A DNA stretch of 64,000 bases, taken from a virus (Duplodnaviria; Caudoviricetes). Where the stretch lies: the IMG/VR virus record IMGVR_UViG_3300010356_002264; one strand, given 5' to 3'. The first letter of the stretch is position 1; every line of letters starts with the position of its first letter. Positions 7,399 through 16,417 of this stretch are shown here, in pieces. The position numbers and the translations under genes were made by a program. Below the pieces are notes generated by a model. It had not been told where the DNA came from, made no database searches, and was given only the letters and a program-made list of their open reading frames with translations.

Positions 7399-8926
7399 CC
7401 TCATCCGATCGATCGTGCGCTGTCGGCCCGCCGACCCTGCACCGCTGGTGCTCAAGAACGTCCAGGCCGTGCGTGACGCGCAGGTCGAGTTCCTGCTCCC
7501 TGAGGACGGGGAGATCTGGGTGTTCGTCGACCAGTTCACCCGCGACCATGGACACCCGCCAGAGCTCCAGACGACGACCTCCCACCTGCGGTCGGTCGGG
7601 CAGGTGGGGGCAGCGGACCGCATGGAGGCGGTGTCTGTCGGTCCTCTCAAGACCGAGGGGGACTTCTTCCACGTGCTGGAGCAGGTCTGCGAGGAGCGAC
7701 GCATGCGGCTGCTCGAGCAGGCGATGCGGGACGTGCGGCTCATCGCGACCTCCGGCCTGGAGGTCGGAGAGGGGCGGGACAAGCGCGTCCTGCGGGGCGC
7801 TCAGCAGGCCGCCTCGTACGCAGTCGAGGCGATGCGCGAGGTGGCGACCCCCACGCTGTCCTCCCACCTGTCTGGTGAGATCCTGCGGGACGCCGACGAC
7901 ATCGTGGCCGAGTACGAGAGGACGGAGCGCGACCCCCGAGCGGCCTTCGGCCAGTGGACAGGCATCAAGCAGATGGACGAGTCGCTCGGTGGGGCGCGCG
8001 TCGCGGAGCTCTGGATCCACGCGGCCTACTCGGGGCACCTCAAGACGACCTTCGCGCTCAACTGGGCCTACAACCAGGCGATCTGGTTCCACGACAACGT
8101 CCTGTACTTCTCGCTGGAGATGCCCTACCGGCAGGTCCGTCGGTGGATCGTCGCGATGCACTCGTTCCACTCCAAGTTCGCGGAGGTGCGCACCGAGCTC
8201 GGCATCCAGCAGGAGGGGGGGATCAACGTGGGGCTCGACTACAAGCGCATCCGCGACGCCCAGCTCACCCCGGCGGAGAAGCGGTTCCTCGTGAACCACG
8301 TGGTCCCCGACCTCAAGGACCCCGAAAACGGCTACGGACGGATCATCATCGAGGTGGCCGACCCCGACAAGCCCGACGTCACCGTCGACGGCCTGCGGGG
8401 CCGCGCCGAGACCATCTACCCCAAGACGCCATTCTCCACCATCTACCTCGACCACGCCTCGCTCCTCGGGGTGCGCTCGAAGGTGTCCACCTCCGAGCGA
8501 CTCAACGACGCGCTGCGCGACTGCAAGCGGTTCGCGATGCAGTTCCGCCGCGGCCAGGGGATCCCGCTGGTGGCGCTCTTCCAGATCAACCGCGAGGGGC
8601 TCAAGGAGGCCCACAAGCGCAAGGAGAAGGGGCTGCTCCCCACCTACGAGCTCAACAACCTCTCCTACGCCTCGGAGGCCGAGCGCAGCGCGGACGTCGT
8701 CACCACGAGCTACCTCGACAAGGAGTACGCCGAGCGGAACCGGGCGCTCTTCACGTGCCTCAAGAGCCGCGACAACGCCCCCTTCAACCCCTTCCTCGCC
8801 CAGATCGACTGGCCCTGCCGGCGGATCGGGACCTGCTTCGACAACCCGCTCGACGACGTCTCGACGCGCGTCGACCCCGAGCAGGGGGCGGAGATCACGA
8901 GCGCCCTGGACGCGCTCATCCGATGA
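7388..8926 (+). CDS. dnaB: replicative DNA helicase, DnaB family
   Basis: TGIKQMDESLGG, variant Walker A AYSGHLKTT, VLYFSLEM, IYLDH, ALFQINR, AERSADVV, LKSRD. Confidence 0.9.
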   Translation: MKPDLIRSIVRCRPADPAPLVLKNVQAVRDAQVEFLLPEDGEIWVFVDQFTRDHGHPPELQTTTSHLRSVGQVGAADRMEAVSVGPLKTEGDFFHVLEQVCEERRMRLLEQAMRDVRLIATSGLEVGEGRDKRVLRGAQQAASYAVEAMREVATPTLSSHLSGEILRDADDIVAEYERTERDPRAAFGQWTGIKQMDESLGGARVAELWIHAAYSGHLKTTFALNWAYNQAIWFHDNVLYFSLEMPYRQVRRWIVAMHSFHSKFAEVRTELGIQQEGGINVGLDYKRIRDAQLTPAEKRFLVNHVVPDLKDPENGYGRIIIEVADPDKPDVTVDGLRGRAETIYPKTPFSTIYLDHASLLGVRSKVSTSERLNDALRDCKRFAMQFRRGQGIPLVALFQINREGLKEAHKRKEKGLLPTYELNNLSYASEAERSADVVTTSYLDKEYAERNRALFTCLKSRDNAPFNPFLAQIDWPCRRIGTCFDNPLDDVSTRVDPEQGAEITSALDALIR

Positions 8927-9741
8927 GCCTGCGCGAGGAGGTCGCCGAGCGCATGGCGAGGGCGCTCGGGGCCGAGGTGCTCGGCGCGGGGGAGGCGGCC
9001 CGCCGGCCCCCCGGGAGCCTCCGGGCGCTCGTGCTGCGCGGGACTCCCTCTCCCGCCGAGTGGGGCGCGATCGAGGCCGCGCTCCTGCCGGGGGCGCTCG
9101 TCGCGCTTCTCCCTGGCGACCCGGAGGGGGAGGAGGCGATCCTCGCGGAGGAGGTCGGGCTGGAGGTGTGGGACGCGATCCTGGTGGCCGACGACCCGCG
9201 CACCGTCCTCCCCGCCGCCAAGGCGACCCGCACCGAGAAGGAGGCGGGCCTCGCGGGGGTCGTGGCCCCGCGCGCGGGCCACGAGGCCGTCAAGCGGAAG
9301 GAGGGGAGCGCTGGGGTGCGCAACGCGCGCGCCGGCGCCGGCCGCACGGCCAAGGCGGTGCTCAACGACCACCCGACGGTCAAGTCGGTCGGGGCGGTGA
9401 GGGCCGCGATGCGCGTCGCCGGAGCGTACGAGGAGGACGCGGCGGGCCCCGTCCTCGACCTGTTCTCCGGGTCGGGGACGACGGGGGTGGTGTGCGTGGA
9501 GGACGGGATACCGGTCGTCCTCGTCGACAAGCTGCGGCGCTACGCGGACCTCGCCGCGGGGCGCATGCGGGGAGCCGTTGCCCGTTCCCCGCAGGTGCGG
9601 GTGGTGTGTGCCGTAGATCTGGGTATCGCGCCCCCCATGGGAGAGAACCCCCAGGAAGGAGCTCCCCATGCCACGCCCGCTGAACGTCGCCGCAACCCTC
9701 CGCGGCGCAAGCTACGAGTTCCCCCCGACCCCCGACCATGA
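8923..9741 (+). CDS. DNA amino-methyltransferase, SAM-binding (C-terminal) half; lacks DPPY
   Basis: AKATRTEKEAGL, NDHPTVKS, VLDLFSGSGTTG; ATGA overlap with the dnaB stop. Confidence 0.75.
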   Translation: MSLREEVAERMARALGAEVLGAGEAARRPPGSLRALVLRGTPSPAEWGAIEAALLPGALVALLPGDPEGEEAILAEEVGLEVWDAILVADDPRTVLPAAKATRTEKEAGLAGVVAPRAGHEAVKRKEGSAGVRNARAGAGRTAKAVLNDHPTVKSVGAVRAAMRVAGAYEEDAAGPVLDLFSGSGTTGVVCVEDGIPVVLVDKLRRYADLAAGRMRGAVARSPQVRVVCAVDLGIAPPMGENPQEGAPHATPAERRRNPPRRKLRVPPDPRP

Positions 9742-11005
9742 CCTCCGCTTCATGGGGGGCCGCACGATCCCCCACTTGACCTACACGAACCTCTACCTGG
9801 GCGGACGCGACGCCTGGGTGCCCGACGAGGTGCGGCAGATCGACCAGTCGCTCCTGGCGGCGATGACCGACCCCGGCCTCACCAACGTGATGCGGCAGTA
9901 CTTCAAGAACGCCCCCATCACGACGCAGTTCGCCCCGTCGCGGGTGCTCGACGGGACCCCTCCCGCGACCTTCGGGCAGAAGGACGTCGAGGACCTGGTG
10001 CTCAAGCTGCACCGAGACAGCCAGCTCGCCAGGTTCCACCTGAACCTCGGCTCGACCCTGGTGAACCTCGTCCTGCCGCGCGGGTCCGTCCTCACGCTCG
10101 ACGAGGACGCCTCGGACATCCGGCGCGTCCTCCCGCGCGCGACCGAGCACGAGGAGGCCTCGAGCCTCTACGGGCTCGGGGGCTACCACGGGTCGGTGCA
10201 CCCGCGCCCCGGCGTGACCGTCTACTACGCGGTGAGCGTCTACTCGGAGCGGACCGCGGAGCGCGAGAACGGGATCGTGGCGTTCGACGCCCCGTGGAAG
10301 AACGTCGTCGCGACCCTGTACCACGAGCTGTGCGAGGCCCGAACGGACCCTGATGTTGGGGACGCGATACGCCTCGGTGACGACCCGGCGGCCCAACGGC
10401 TGCTCGGGTGGATCTCCGACCAGGGGGAAGAGGTGGGAGACTTCCCCGTCTTCGAGGCGGGACCCGACCTGTCCAGCGTGATGCGGGAGGTCCCGCTTGT
10501 CTCTGGCACGGGCACTGTGCCCGTGCAGATCATGTACTCGAACGCCCACCACGGTCCGGCCGGGCCGCTGGCGTACCTGTGCGACCTCCAGGCCCCTCGC
10601 GTCAACGTGCAGGTGCTCGCTCCGCCCCCGCCGCCAGAGCGGCTCGTGGTTCCTCCCGATGAGTTCTGGGAGGAGGCTGCGCGTCAGGCCGAGGACCCCG
10701 CTCCCCTGGAGGTCCCGGAGAGCGGACGGACCGAGCCGGTCGCCGAGGCATCTCCGTCGGAGACGAACGAGGGAACGAACGACGTGAAGTCCACCCTGGA
10801 CGCCTTGTCGCACGAGGAGGCCAAGTCGATGCTCGCCACGTGCGAGCAGACGACGCCTGGTGAGTCCCCGCAGAGCGAGCATGGCTCGGGTGTCACCACG
10901 CAACCCATGCTCATCGATCCGGAGGGCGCAGGCGCGCAGGACATCGATCCGGAGGTCGAGCCGGAGGTCGTCTCAGGGCCTGCGGTCTCAGGGGGCCTCG
11001 CGTAG
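9668..11005 (+). CDS. Phi-1/EXORDIUM-like HExxE protein with an acidic disordered tail
   Basis: GGYHGSV, VYYAV, HELCEARTDPD, GW...GEEVGD pattern; SD GAAGGAG. Confidence 0.55.
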   Translation: MPRPLNVAATLRGASYEFPPTPDHDLRFMGGRTIPHLTYTNLYLGGRDAWVPDEVRQIDQSLLAAMTDPGLTNVMRQYFKNAPITTQFAPSRVLDGTPPATFGQKDVEDLVLKLHRDSQLARFHLNLGSTLVNLVLPRGSVLTLDEDASDIRRVLPRATEHEEASSLYGLGGYHGSVHPRPGVTVYYAVSVYSERTAERENGIVAFDAPWKNVVATLYHELCEARTDPDVGDAIRLGDDPAAQRLLGWISDQGEEVGDFPVFEAGPDLSSVMREVPLVSGTGTVPVQIMYSNAHHGPAGPLAYLCDLQAPRVNVQVLAPPPPPERLVVPPDEFWEEAARQAEDPAPLEVPESGRTEPVAEASPSETNEGTNDVKSTLDALSHEEAKSMLATCEQTTPGESPQSEHGSGVTTQPMLIDPEGAGAQDIDPEVEPEVVSGPAVSGGLA

Positions 11006-11024
11006 GCGTACAGGTAGTCGTGCA

Positions 11025-11666
11025 TCACTTCTCCTCGTTCCACTCAACATAGTCCTCGGGGTCCAGGTCGCCACGGGCAATCGCCTCCTTGACGGCCGCG
11101 TGCGTGTCGGGGTTCGCCCCCACGACGAGGACCACGTGGGGGCTCGCGACGCCGCAGAGCACGGTGGCCAGGCGCTTGTGCGCCGAGTAGCTGCCGTGCA
11201 GCTTCCCAGACACCACGTCGGGGAGCAGGACGATCGAGGGGATCGCGTCGACCATCGCGTCGGCCACGCAGCGCGCGAGCCTCAGGTTGAACGCGTCCCC
11301 GTCGCTGGGATCCACCACGTCGCGTACCTGCGTCCCCGTCAGGGTCTCGAAGATCGAGTGCGAGTCCAGGCTCTTCGACCAGCTCTGGAACCAGGACGCG
11401 GCGCGCAGCGAGTCTCCGTTCGAGGGGCGCAAGGATAGTATGCAGCGCAGGTAGGGTGCGGCACCGCTCGGAACAGGCGCCTGGTAGGTCGTCCCGTTCT
11501 CCGTGAGGCGGGCACGCACGACGGGAGACTGGAGGGGTCCTTTCAGCGAGAGCAGGGCCTTCCGTATGAGGTCCACTCGCTCCGCGCAGTCGGCTCCAGT
11601 CACGAGGGTGAGGGGCTTCAGGTTCAAGCCCTGTCGGGGGAGGCCGTTGGCCGCGAGGAGGATCAT
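11025..11666 (-). CDS. hypothetical protein
   Basis: 213-aa ORF; CAGCTC-N18-CGAC exactly 36 nt upstream (11702). Confidence 0.75.
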   Translation of the reverse strand: MILLAANGLPRQGLNLKPLTLVTGADCAERVDLIRKALLSLKGPLQSPVVRARLTENGTTYQAPVPSGAAPYLRCILSLRPSNGDSLRAASWFQSWSKSLDSHSIFETLTGTQVRDVVDPSDGDAFNLRLARCVADAMVDAIPSIVLLPDVVSGKLHGSYSAHKRLATVLCGVASPHVVLVVGANPDTHAAVKEAIARGDLDPEDYVEWNEEK

Positions 11667-11703
11667 GCGTGGGAGTCGGCGACGCCGCTCCCTGCGGAGC
11701 TGA

Positions 11704-11892
11704 CTACTTGGGCGGGGCGGGCGGCGGGGTCGCGGGCACGAACGTGACCCGCTGGTTGAGCGCCTGCGCGCGTTCCTTGCACGCCCCGCAGGGCTTGATG
11801 CCGACCGCGCTCGTCACGCGGGCGATCGCGTTGCCGAGCGGCAGGGGTTGGTTGATGAAGGGAAGAGGGATGCGAAGGGGACGACGCGCCAT
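11704..11892 (-). CDS. small CxxC protein
   Basis: Strong SD GAAGGAGG; LGNAIARVTSAVGIKPCGACKERAQALN. Confidence 0.75.
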   Translation of the reverse strand: MARRPLRIPLPFINQPLPLGNAIARVTSAVGIKPCGACKERAQALNQRVTFVPATPPPAPPK

Positions 11893-11978
11893 GGGAACCT
11901 CCTTCAACGACCCTACGCCTTGCGAACGGATCCTCCAGCGTGCGGATCGAGTTCGGACCGCATCGGGTAGCAGAGCCC

Positions 11979-12245
11979 GTGAGCTTCGTCCTCTACCTGA
12001 TACGTAAACCCGCTCCGGTCGTGGAGGCCGCCCGGCTCCATGGTACGGGTGGGATCGACCTGGACGTACTCCGTCCACTCAGCGGCACATGGCCCACCAA
12101 CGTGATGCTCGTCCACCTGTCCAACTGCACCCGAGGAGGGTGTGCGACAGGATGCCCCGTGCGTACCGCGCAGGACGTCCTTGGGGACAACGTGCGGTCC
12201 GTGTCGATCGTCCGCGATCTGCCCGACGAGGAGTCTCCATGGTAG
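11979..12245 (+). CDS. small Cys-containing hypothetical protein
   Basis: GGGTA 11965-11969, 9 nt before GTG 11979; overlaps the next start. Confidence 0.55.
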   Translation: MSFVLYLIRKPAPVVEAARLHGTGGIDLDVLRPLSGTWPTNVMLVHLSNCTRGGCATGCPVRTAQDVLGDNVRSVSIVRDLPDEESPW

Positions 12246-12742
12246 ACGCGCTAGTCATCGTCGGAGACAACATGATTGTCACCCCGACCCTTGGGCCTGC
12301 AACGATGCGGGCGGTCGTGACGGACCCCCCTTACGGGATCAGCTACATGGGAGAGGAGTGGGACGACCCTCGCAAGGGGTCTGACGACACCCTGCACCCA
12401 GGACGGCGGTTCCAGGTGTGGTGCGAGCGCTGGATGCGGGAGTGCCTCCGGCTTCTTCGTCCTGGGGGCCGGATGGCGTGCTTTGCGGCGGCGCGACAGG
12501 TTCACCGAGTCCGTCAGGCCGTGGTGGTCTCGGGGTTCTGTGAGGTAGAGGTCCACGGGTGGCTCTACCTCACGGGACATCCGAAGTTCCTCGACCTACT
12601 ACGGGAGGTCGAACGTCGGTGGGGTCGAGAGGAGGCCGATCGGCTACGTCGGCAACGACACACCGCCCTAAAGCCTGCCTGGGAGCCCGTCATCGTTGGT
12701 CGCAAGCCCCTCGGGCTCGCACACGACCCCGTAGAAGTCTGA
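12239..12742 (+). CDS. DNA amino-methyltransferase, catalytic (N-terminal) half; lacks FxGxG
   Basis: AVVTDPPYGISYMGEEWD, CLRLLRPGG, WLYLTGHPK, TALKPAWEPVIVGRKPL, then stops within about 8 codons. Confidence 0.85.
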   Translation: MVDALVIVGDNMIVTPTLGPATMRAVVTDPPYGISYMGEEWDDPRKGSDDTLHPGRRFQVWCERWMRECLRLLRPGGRMACFAAARQVHRVRQAVVVSGFCEVEVHGWLYLTGHPKFLDLLREVERRWGREEADRLRRQRHTALKPAWEPVIVGRKPLGLAHDPVEV

Positions 12743-13099
12743 CTTGTAGACCACCTGACGGACAAACGGCGGGGACACGGCCGCGATGACTCCGTAGCTT
12801 ATCGCGCCGATCTCCCTTCCCTGCTCCCTCTCCAGGTACGCTTTGAGTCCCTTCCCCTCTGCCTCAAGGGAGGCTGTCCAGACCACGAAGTCGACGCACT
12901 GCTTGGCTAGCGGCGTAACAAGGGCCGTGCGCTCCTCTATCGGCCTGGAGCGAAGTACCAGATGGATCTCCCACCACATACGCTCCTGCCAACCGGAATG
13001 CTCCCTGTACCGTCGAACGAGAGTGTCCAGGGCTGCCGTGAGCGGCTCGGACCTCATCTCCGTGACGATCAGCACCCCACGTGCGGGTAGGTCAACCAT
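12668..13099 (-). CDS. hypothetical protein
   Basis: CAGCTC (13135) exactly 36 nt upstream of ATG 13099. Confidence 0.6.
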   Translation of the reverse strand: MVDLPARGVLIVTEMRSEPLTAALDTLVRRYREHSGWQERMWWEIHLVLRSRPIEERTALVTPLAKQCVDFVVWTASLEAEGKGLKAYLEREQGREIGAISYGVIAAVSPPFVRQVVYKSDFYGVVCEPEGLATNDDGLPGRL

Positions 13100-13110
13100 G
13101 AGGATAGGAC

Positions 13111-13722
13111 GTGGAATCCCCGACGATCAGAGCTGAAGGCGCGGCAAAGCGTCCTGTGCGCCTCACGCGCAACGATCGCCGACTGCGCCGGCTGCGGCGC
13201 GTCCCCTTGGTCCGCCTGCTCGCTCGCCTCGGCTACGAGGTCGACCCGGACGGTGAGGACATCGAGCAACCCTTTCGATGCAACCTCCACGGGACGGGGC
13301 AGGACCACAAACCATCGGCCCGCACCTACCCAAAGTCCCCCCGGTGGCACTGCTTCGCGTGCTCGCGATCACGGGACATCGTCGACACGTTTCGAGAGCG
13401 CACGGGAGCGACGCTTGAGGGTGCGCTCGACCGGCTCGAAGAGCTGGCGGGCCTGCCCCCGATGTCGTTCGAGGAGCCGGACGAGGAGGCAGCCTCCCCA
13501 AGCTGGGGAGAGGACGACCCAGCCCCCACGGAGGACCCCATCACCATGCTCGACCGTCTCGCAAGGATGATGGCGCGGGCGAGGGCACTCCCCCTATCCA
13601 CGCTCCTGCATGCGTGGGAGCTCATCGACCACGCGCGCCAGGACCCTGAGTTCGCCGACAAGCTGCGCCCGCGCGTAGATGAGCTCAGGGAGAAGTTCGC
13701 GCGGTCTGCCCAGGGAGGGTAG
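13111..13722 (+). CDS. stand-alone CHC2 zinc-finger protein (DnaG primase Zn-binding domain)
   Basis: FRCNLH...DHKPSA...WHCFAC...DIVDTF......LEGALDRL; no TOPRIM domain follows. Confidence 0.85.
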   Translation: MESPTIRAEGAAKRPVRLTRNDRRLRRLRRVPLVRLLARLGYEVDPDGEDIEQPFRCNLHGTGQDHKPSARTYPKSPRWHCFACSRSRDIVDTFRERTGATLEGALDRLEELAGLPPMSFEEPDEEAASPSWGEDDPAPTEDPITMLDRLARMMARARALPLSTLLHAWELIDHARQDPEFADKLRPRVDELREKFARSAQGG

Positions 13723-13729
13723 TCAGCAC

Positions 13730-14086
13730 ATGGACATCCTGCACGCCAAGGTCCTCACGGCCCTGTCCCTGTACGACCCCATCCCCGGCACCCAGGTGCG
13801 CGCGGGCTTCCTGCCGGTCGGGGTTCAACAGACCGCGGACGGGTACGACCTCGACGAGGCGTTCCTGTTCGACCCGCTCGTCGAGACTGGATACCTACAA
13901 CGTCGGTACTTCATCGGGAACATGGACGACGAGGGCATGCGATCGTTCGGCCCGGAGATCCCCCCCTCGGAGGTCCACAGGACCGAGGCGGTCGAGGTGG
14001 GTTACTTCGCCACGGACAAGATCCCGCGGTTCGCCGTCGTGTCGGGGTCGAAGATCATCCCCGCCGGCCTATGGTTGTCCCTGTGA
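13730..14086 (+). CDS. hypothetical protein
   Basis: ATG after GGAGGG; typical codon bias. Confidence 0.65.
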   Translation: MDILHAKVLTALSLYDPIPGTQVRAGFLPVGVQQTADGYDLDEAFLFDPLVETGYLQRRYFIGNMDDEGMRSFGPEIPPSEVHRTEAVEVGYFATDKIPRFAVVSGSKIIPAGLWLSL

Positions 14087-14532
14087 TCCGTCCGCTCCTT
14101 CGGCTCGCGGCACGGAACCGTCACGGGGACGAAGTCCTGCTGGCGCGTCCGCTGCCGGGATCTATCGACCCCTGGGGTGATCTGGCGGTCCTGCGCGACA
14201 CTCCGTGGGGTCCGCTCATCCCGGAGGTGAGCGGGGAGGTGATGAGCCTCGCCGTTCATGGCTACCTCGAGCCGCTGCGCGCCGCCGGCCTGCGAGACCC
14301 GCGAGCCTGCCTGCGTGCGCTCGACCCTCCCGTCATGCGCTGTGCGCAGCAGTACTCATGCGTCGCACACAACCCCCGACACTGTCTCCCCTGCCTGAAG
14401 GTTCCCGACTGCTACGATCCTCCCGGGCTCTCCGAGGGGGCCAATCTGGCCGCGCGGGATGTCACCCTGTGCTGGCGGGAAGGGCGCTACGTGGTGGTCG
14501 TCGTCGGGGAGGAGTTCGTTCCGGGGCAGTAG
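14083..14532 (+). CDS. Cys-rich hypothetical protein
   Basis: GTGA overlap with the upstream stop; cluster of Cys residues. Confidence 0.65.
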   Translation: MIRPLLRLAARNRHGDEVLLARPLPGSIDPWGDLAVLRDTPWGPLIPEVSGEVMSLAVHGYLEPLRAAGLRDPRACLRALDPPVMRCAQQYSCVAHNPRHCLPCLKVPDCYDPPGLSEGANLAARDVTLCWREGRYVVVVVGEEFVPGQ

Positions 14533-15163
14533 GCCCCGTACTGCTCGATGATCTTGTGGAGACGCGCGTCGAGTTCGGATCGAATCGAATCGTGAGCCTT
14601 CCAGCCTCCCGCTCCATGCGAAGCAGGAGGTCGATCTCCTGAGCACGAGCTTCGGGAGTCACCTGGACGTACAGGCGCGCGGCCTTCGTCTCGTCAGCGC
14701 TGGGTAGCGCCCAGGACATCAGGCCCGCCAGGTAGGCGCGGTCGGTCCCAGACATCTCTCCGGGCGCGATCACGCAGCGGGCAGCTCTCTGGATCCAGTC
14801 GAGCACCACGCTGGTCACCTCGGTCAACCGCCCGATCCAGAAAGTTCCCTGCGGGACGTGGTGGCTCCCCGCAGGAACCGCAGGCAGGGGAGGTCCGTGA
14901 GGGACCCCACGAATGTAGTCCGCGAAGCGGTCTCCCAACCAGCCGGCGACGAAATCTTCCGGTACGTCGTGGATGGGAACTTCTGGGCACAGGAGAACCG
15001 CGTGCCCATCCTCCACGAGGGCCTGCACATCCTCCTCGTGGAGGACATGGTTGCGGGGCAGCCCGTGGGTGTGCAGGACCCCCCGCGAGTTGCGCGTGAT
15101 GAACGCGACCCGCCCGAAAGACTTGGGGTTTGGACGGTCCAGCAGTGCGACGACCTGGCTCAT
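14462..15163 (-). CDS. hypothetical protein
   Basis: CAGCTC (15199) exactly 36 nt upstream of the ATG. Confidence 0.65.
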   Translation of the reverse strand: MSQVVALLDRPNPKSFGRVAFITRNSRGVLHTHGLPRNHVLHEEDVQALVEDGHAVLLCPEVPIHDVPEDFVAGWLGDRFADYIRGVPHGPPLPAVPAGSHHVPQGTFWIGRLTEVTSVVLDWIQRAARCVIAPGEMSGTDRAYLAGLMSWALPSADETKAARLYVQVTPEARAQEIDLLLRMEREAGRLTIRFDPNSTRVSTRSSSSTGPTAPERTPPRRRPPRSALPASTG

Positions 15164-15221
15164 ACCTCATGCTACTTCTGGACCGCAGCTCCGGAGCTGA
15201 CTGGTCGGGGTAGAACCTCGT
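15164..15221. promoter_or_regulatory. overlapping divergent promoters centred on palindrome CAGCTCCGGAGCTG (15186-15199)
   Basis: Each CAGCTC half lies exactly 36 nt from a start codon (15222 on +, 15163 on -). Confidence 0.75.
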
Positions 15222-15800
15222 ATGGACGGTCTCTCCCCTCTTGCAGAACGTGCGCTCGCCCACATAAAGTCCACCCACACCAGCGTCGGGCACCTGATGG
15301 TGTACCGCAACTTCCAGCCCTACCCGGAAGTGCAGACGCAGTTCCTGCCTGTGATGGACGAGCTCACCGCGGCGGGCTACCTCACCCGTACGGTCTACCT
15401 GGTGGACCGCACGCGACCCGGTACGTTCGGCGAAGACTACGCGAACGTCACGCTGTCGGACGACGAGGCGGCGGAGGCGATCGCGTGTCAGCGGGACCGC
15501 AAGCCGTTCGTCAACCCCGACACGGGAGACGAGCGAGTACCAGGTCCCGAGGACATCTTCATGTTCTACTGCACGACCGCCAAGGTTCCCGTCCTCCCGC
15601 CGCCGCCGGACCCTAGGGGGGTCGAGATCCATGCTCGACTGTTGCGGGAGCGGAAGCAGGTACTGGCGGCGATCCGCGCGGAGGGAGACCCACTCGTCTA
15701 CCACGAGGCGCGACTTGCGGGTCGGGCCGAGGCGTTCAAGGAGGCCGCGGAGATCGTCGCGGCGGCCTACGGGTTCAAGCCGCCTGTCGAGCCGGCTTGA
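15222..15800 (+). CDS. hypothetical protein
   Basis: Leaderless start with both CAGCTC and GGGTA elements. Confidence 0.75.
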   Translation: MDGLSPLAERALAHIKSTHTSVGHLMVYRNFQPYPEVQTQFLPVMDELTAAGYLTRTVYLVDRTRPGTFGEDYANVTLSDDEAAEAIACQRDRKPFVNPDTGDERVPGPEDIFMFYCTTAKVPVLPPPPDPRGVEIHARLLRERKQVLAAIRAEGDPLVYHEARLAGRAEAFKEAAEIVAAAYGFKPPVEPA

Positions 15801-16341
15801 ACTGGGCTAGCTCGCCCGCACCGGGGCGCTTCCACCCGACGATCTGCCCGCTGTCCACGTCGATGTCCATCTCGACGTAGTCGTCGTCCCCCGCGTGGCA
15901 GCAGGACAACGCGTAGCCGTCGTACTCTCCGATCACGCGGTCTTCCGCGTCGTACAGCGTGGCCAGGAACAGGTCGGAGCACTTTCCCTGGATGTTGATC
16001 CAGCGCGTGTTCTCGTTGCGGGGCACTCGTAGGTGGCCCTCTCGCTGACGGAACTTGTAGAGGTCCACAGGGTCGGGGCGCTTCCACCCGACGATCCGAC
16101 CCGTCTGGACGTCGATGTCAAACTCCAGGTAGTCGTTGTCGCCCTGGCAGAAGATCGAGGGCACTGAGCCCTCACGAGACCCTATCGCGCGCCCCTGCTC
16201 GTCGAGCAGTTGGCCGAAGAACAGGCCCGTCACCTTCGCCGACATGTGCAGCGTCTTGGGGGTGGGCTTCCGAGCCCGCCGCGCGCGCTTGGGGGTGTCG
16301 GACAGAGTGCCGGTCGTGGCCGTGGTGATTGTTCTTGGCAT
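15775..16341 (-). CDS. phage protein with two tandem copies of a ~70-aa domain
   Basis: DYLEFDIDVQTGRIVGWKRP and DYVEMDIDVDSGQIVGWKRP; CAGCTC-N18-CGAC 36 nt upstream (16377). Confidence 0.8.
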   Translation of the reverse strand: MPRTITTATTGTLSDTPKRARRARKPTPKTLHMSAKVTGLFFGQLLDEQGRAIGSREGSVPSIFCQGDNDYLEFDIDVQTGRIVGWKRPDPVDLYKFRQREGHLRVPRNENTRWINIQGKCSDLFLATLYDAEDRVIGEYDGYALSCCHAGDDDYVEMDIDVDSGQIVGWKRPGAGELAQFKPARQAA

Positions 16342-16417
16342 ATGTTCTCGTCGAGACTCCGACGAGAAATAGAGCTGACAATCGACGCAAAGGATGGCTT
16401 TTCGGGTAGTAGACCGC

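Noticed and set aside
15186-15199. Palindromes at 15186-15199 and 26636-26648 as terminators or simple operators
   Set aside because: No U-tract. Each half sits exactly 36 nt from a start codon, which fits divergent promoters better.
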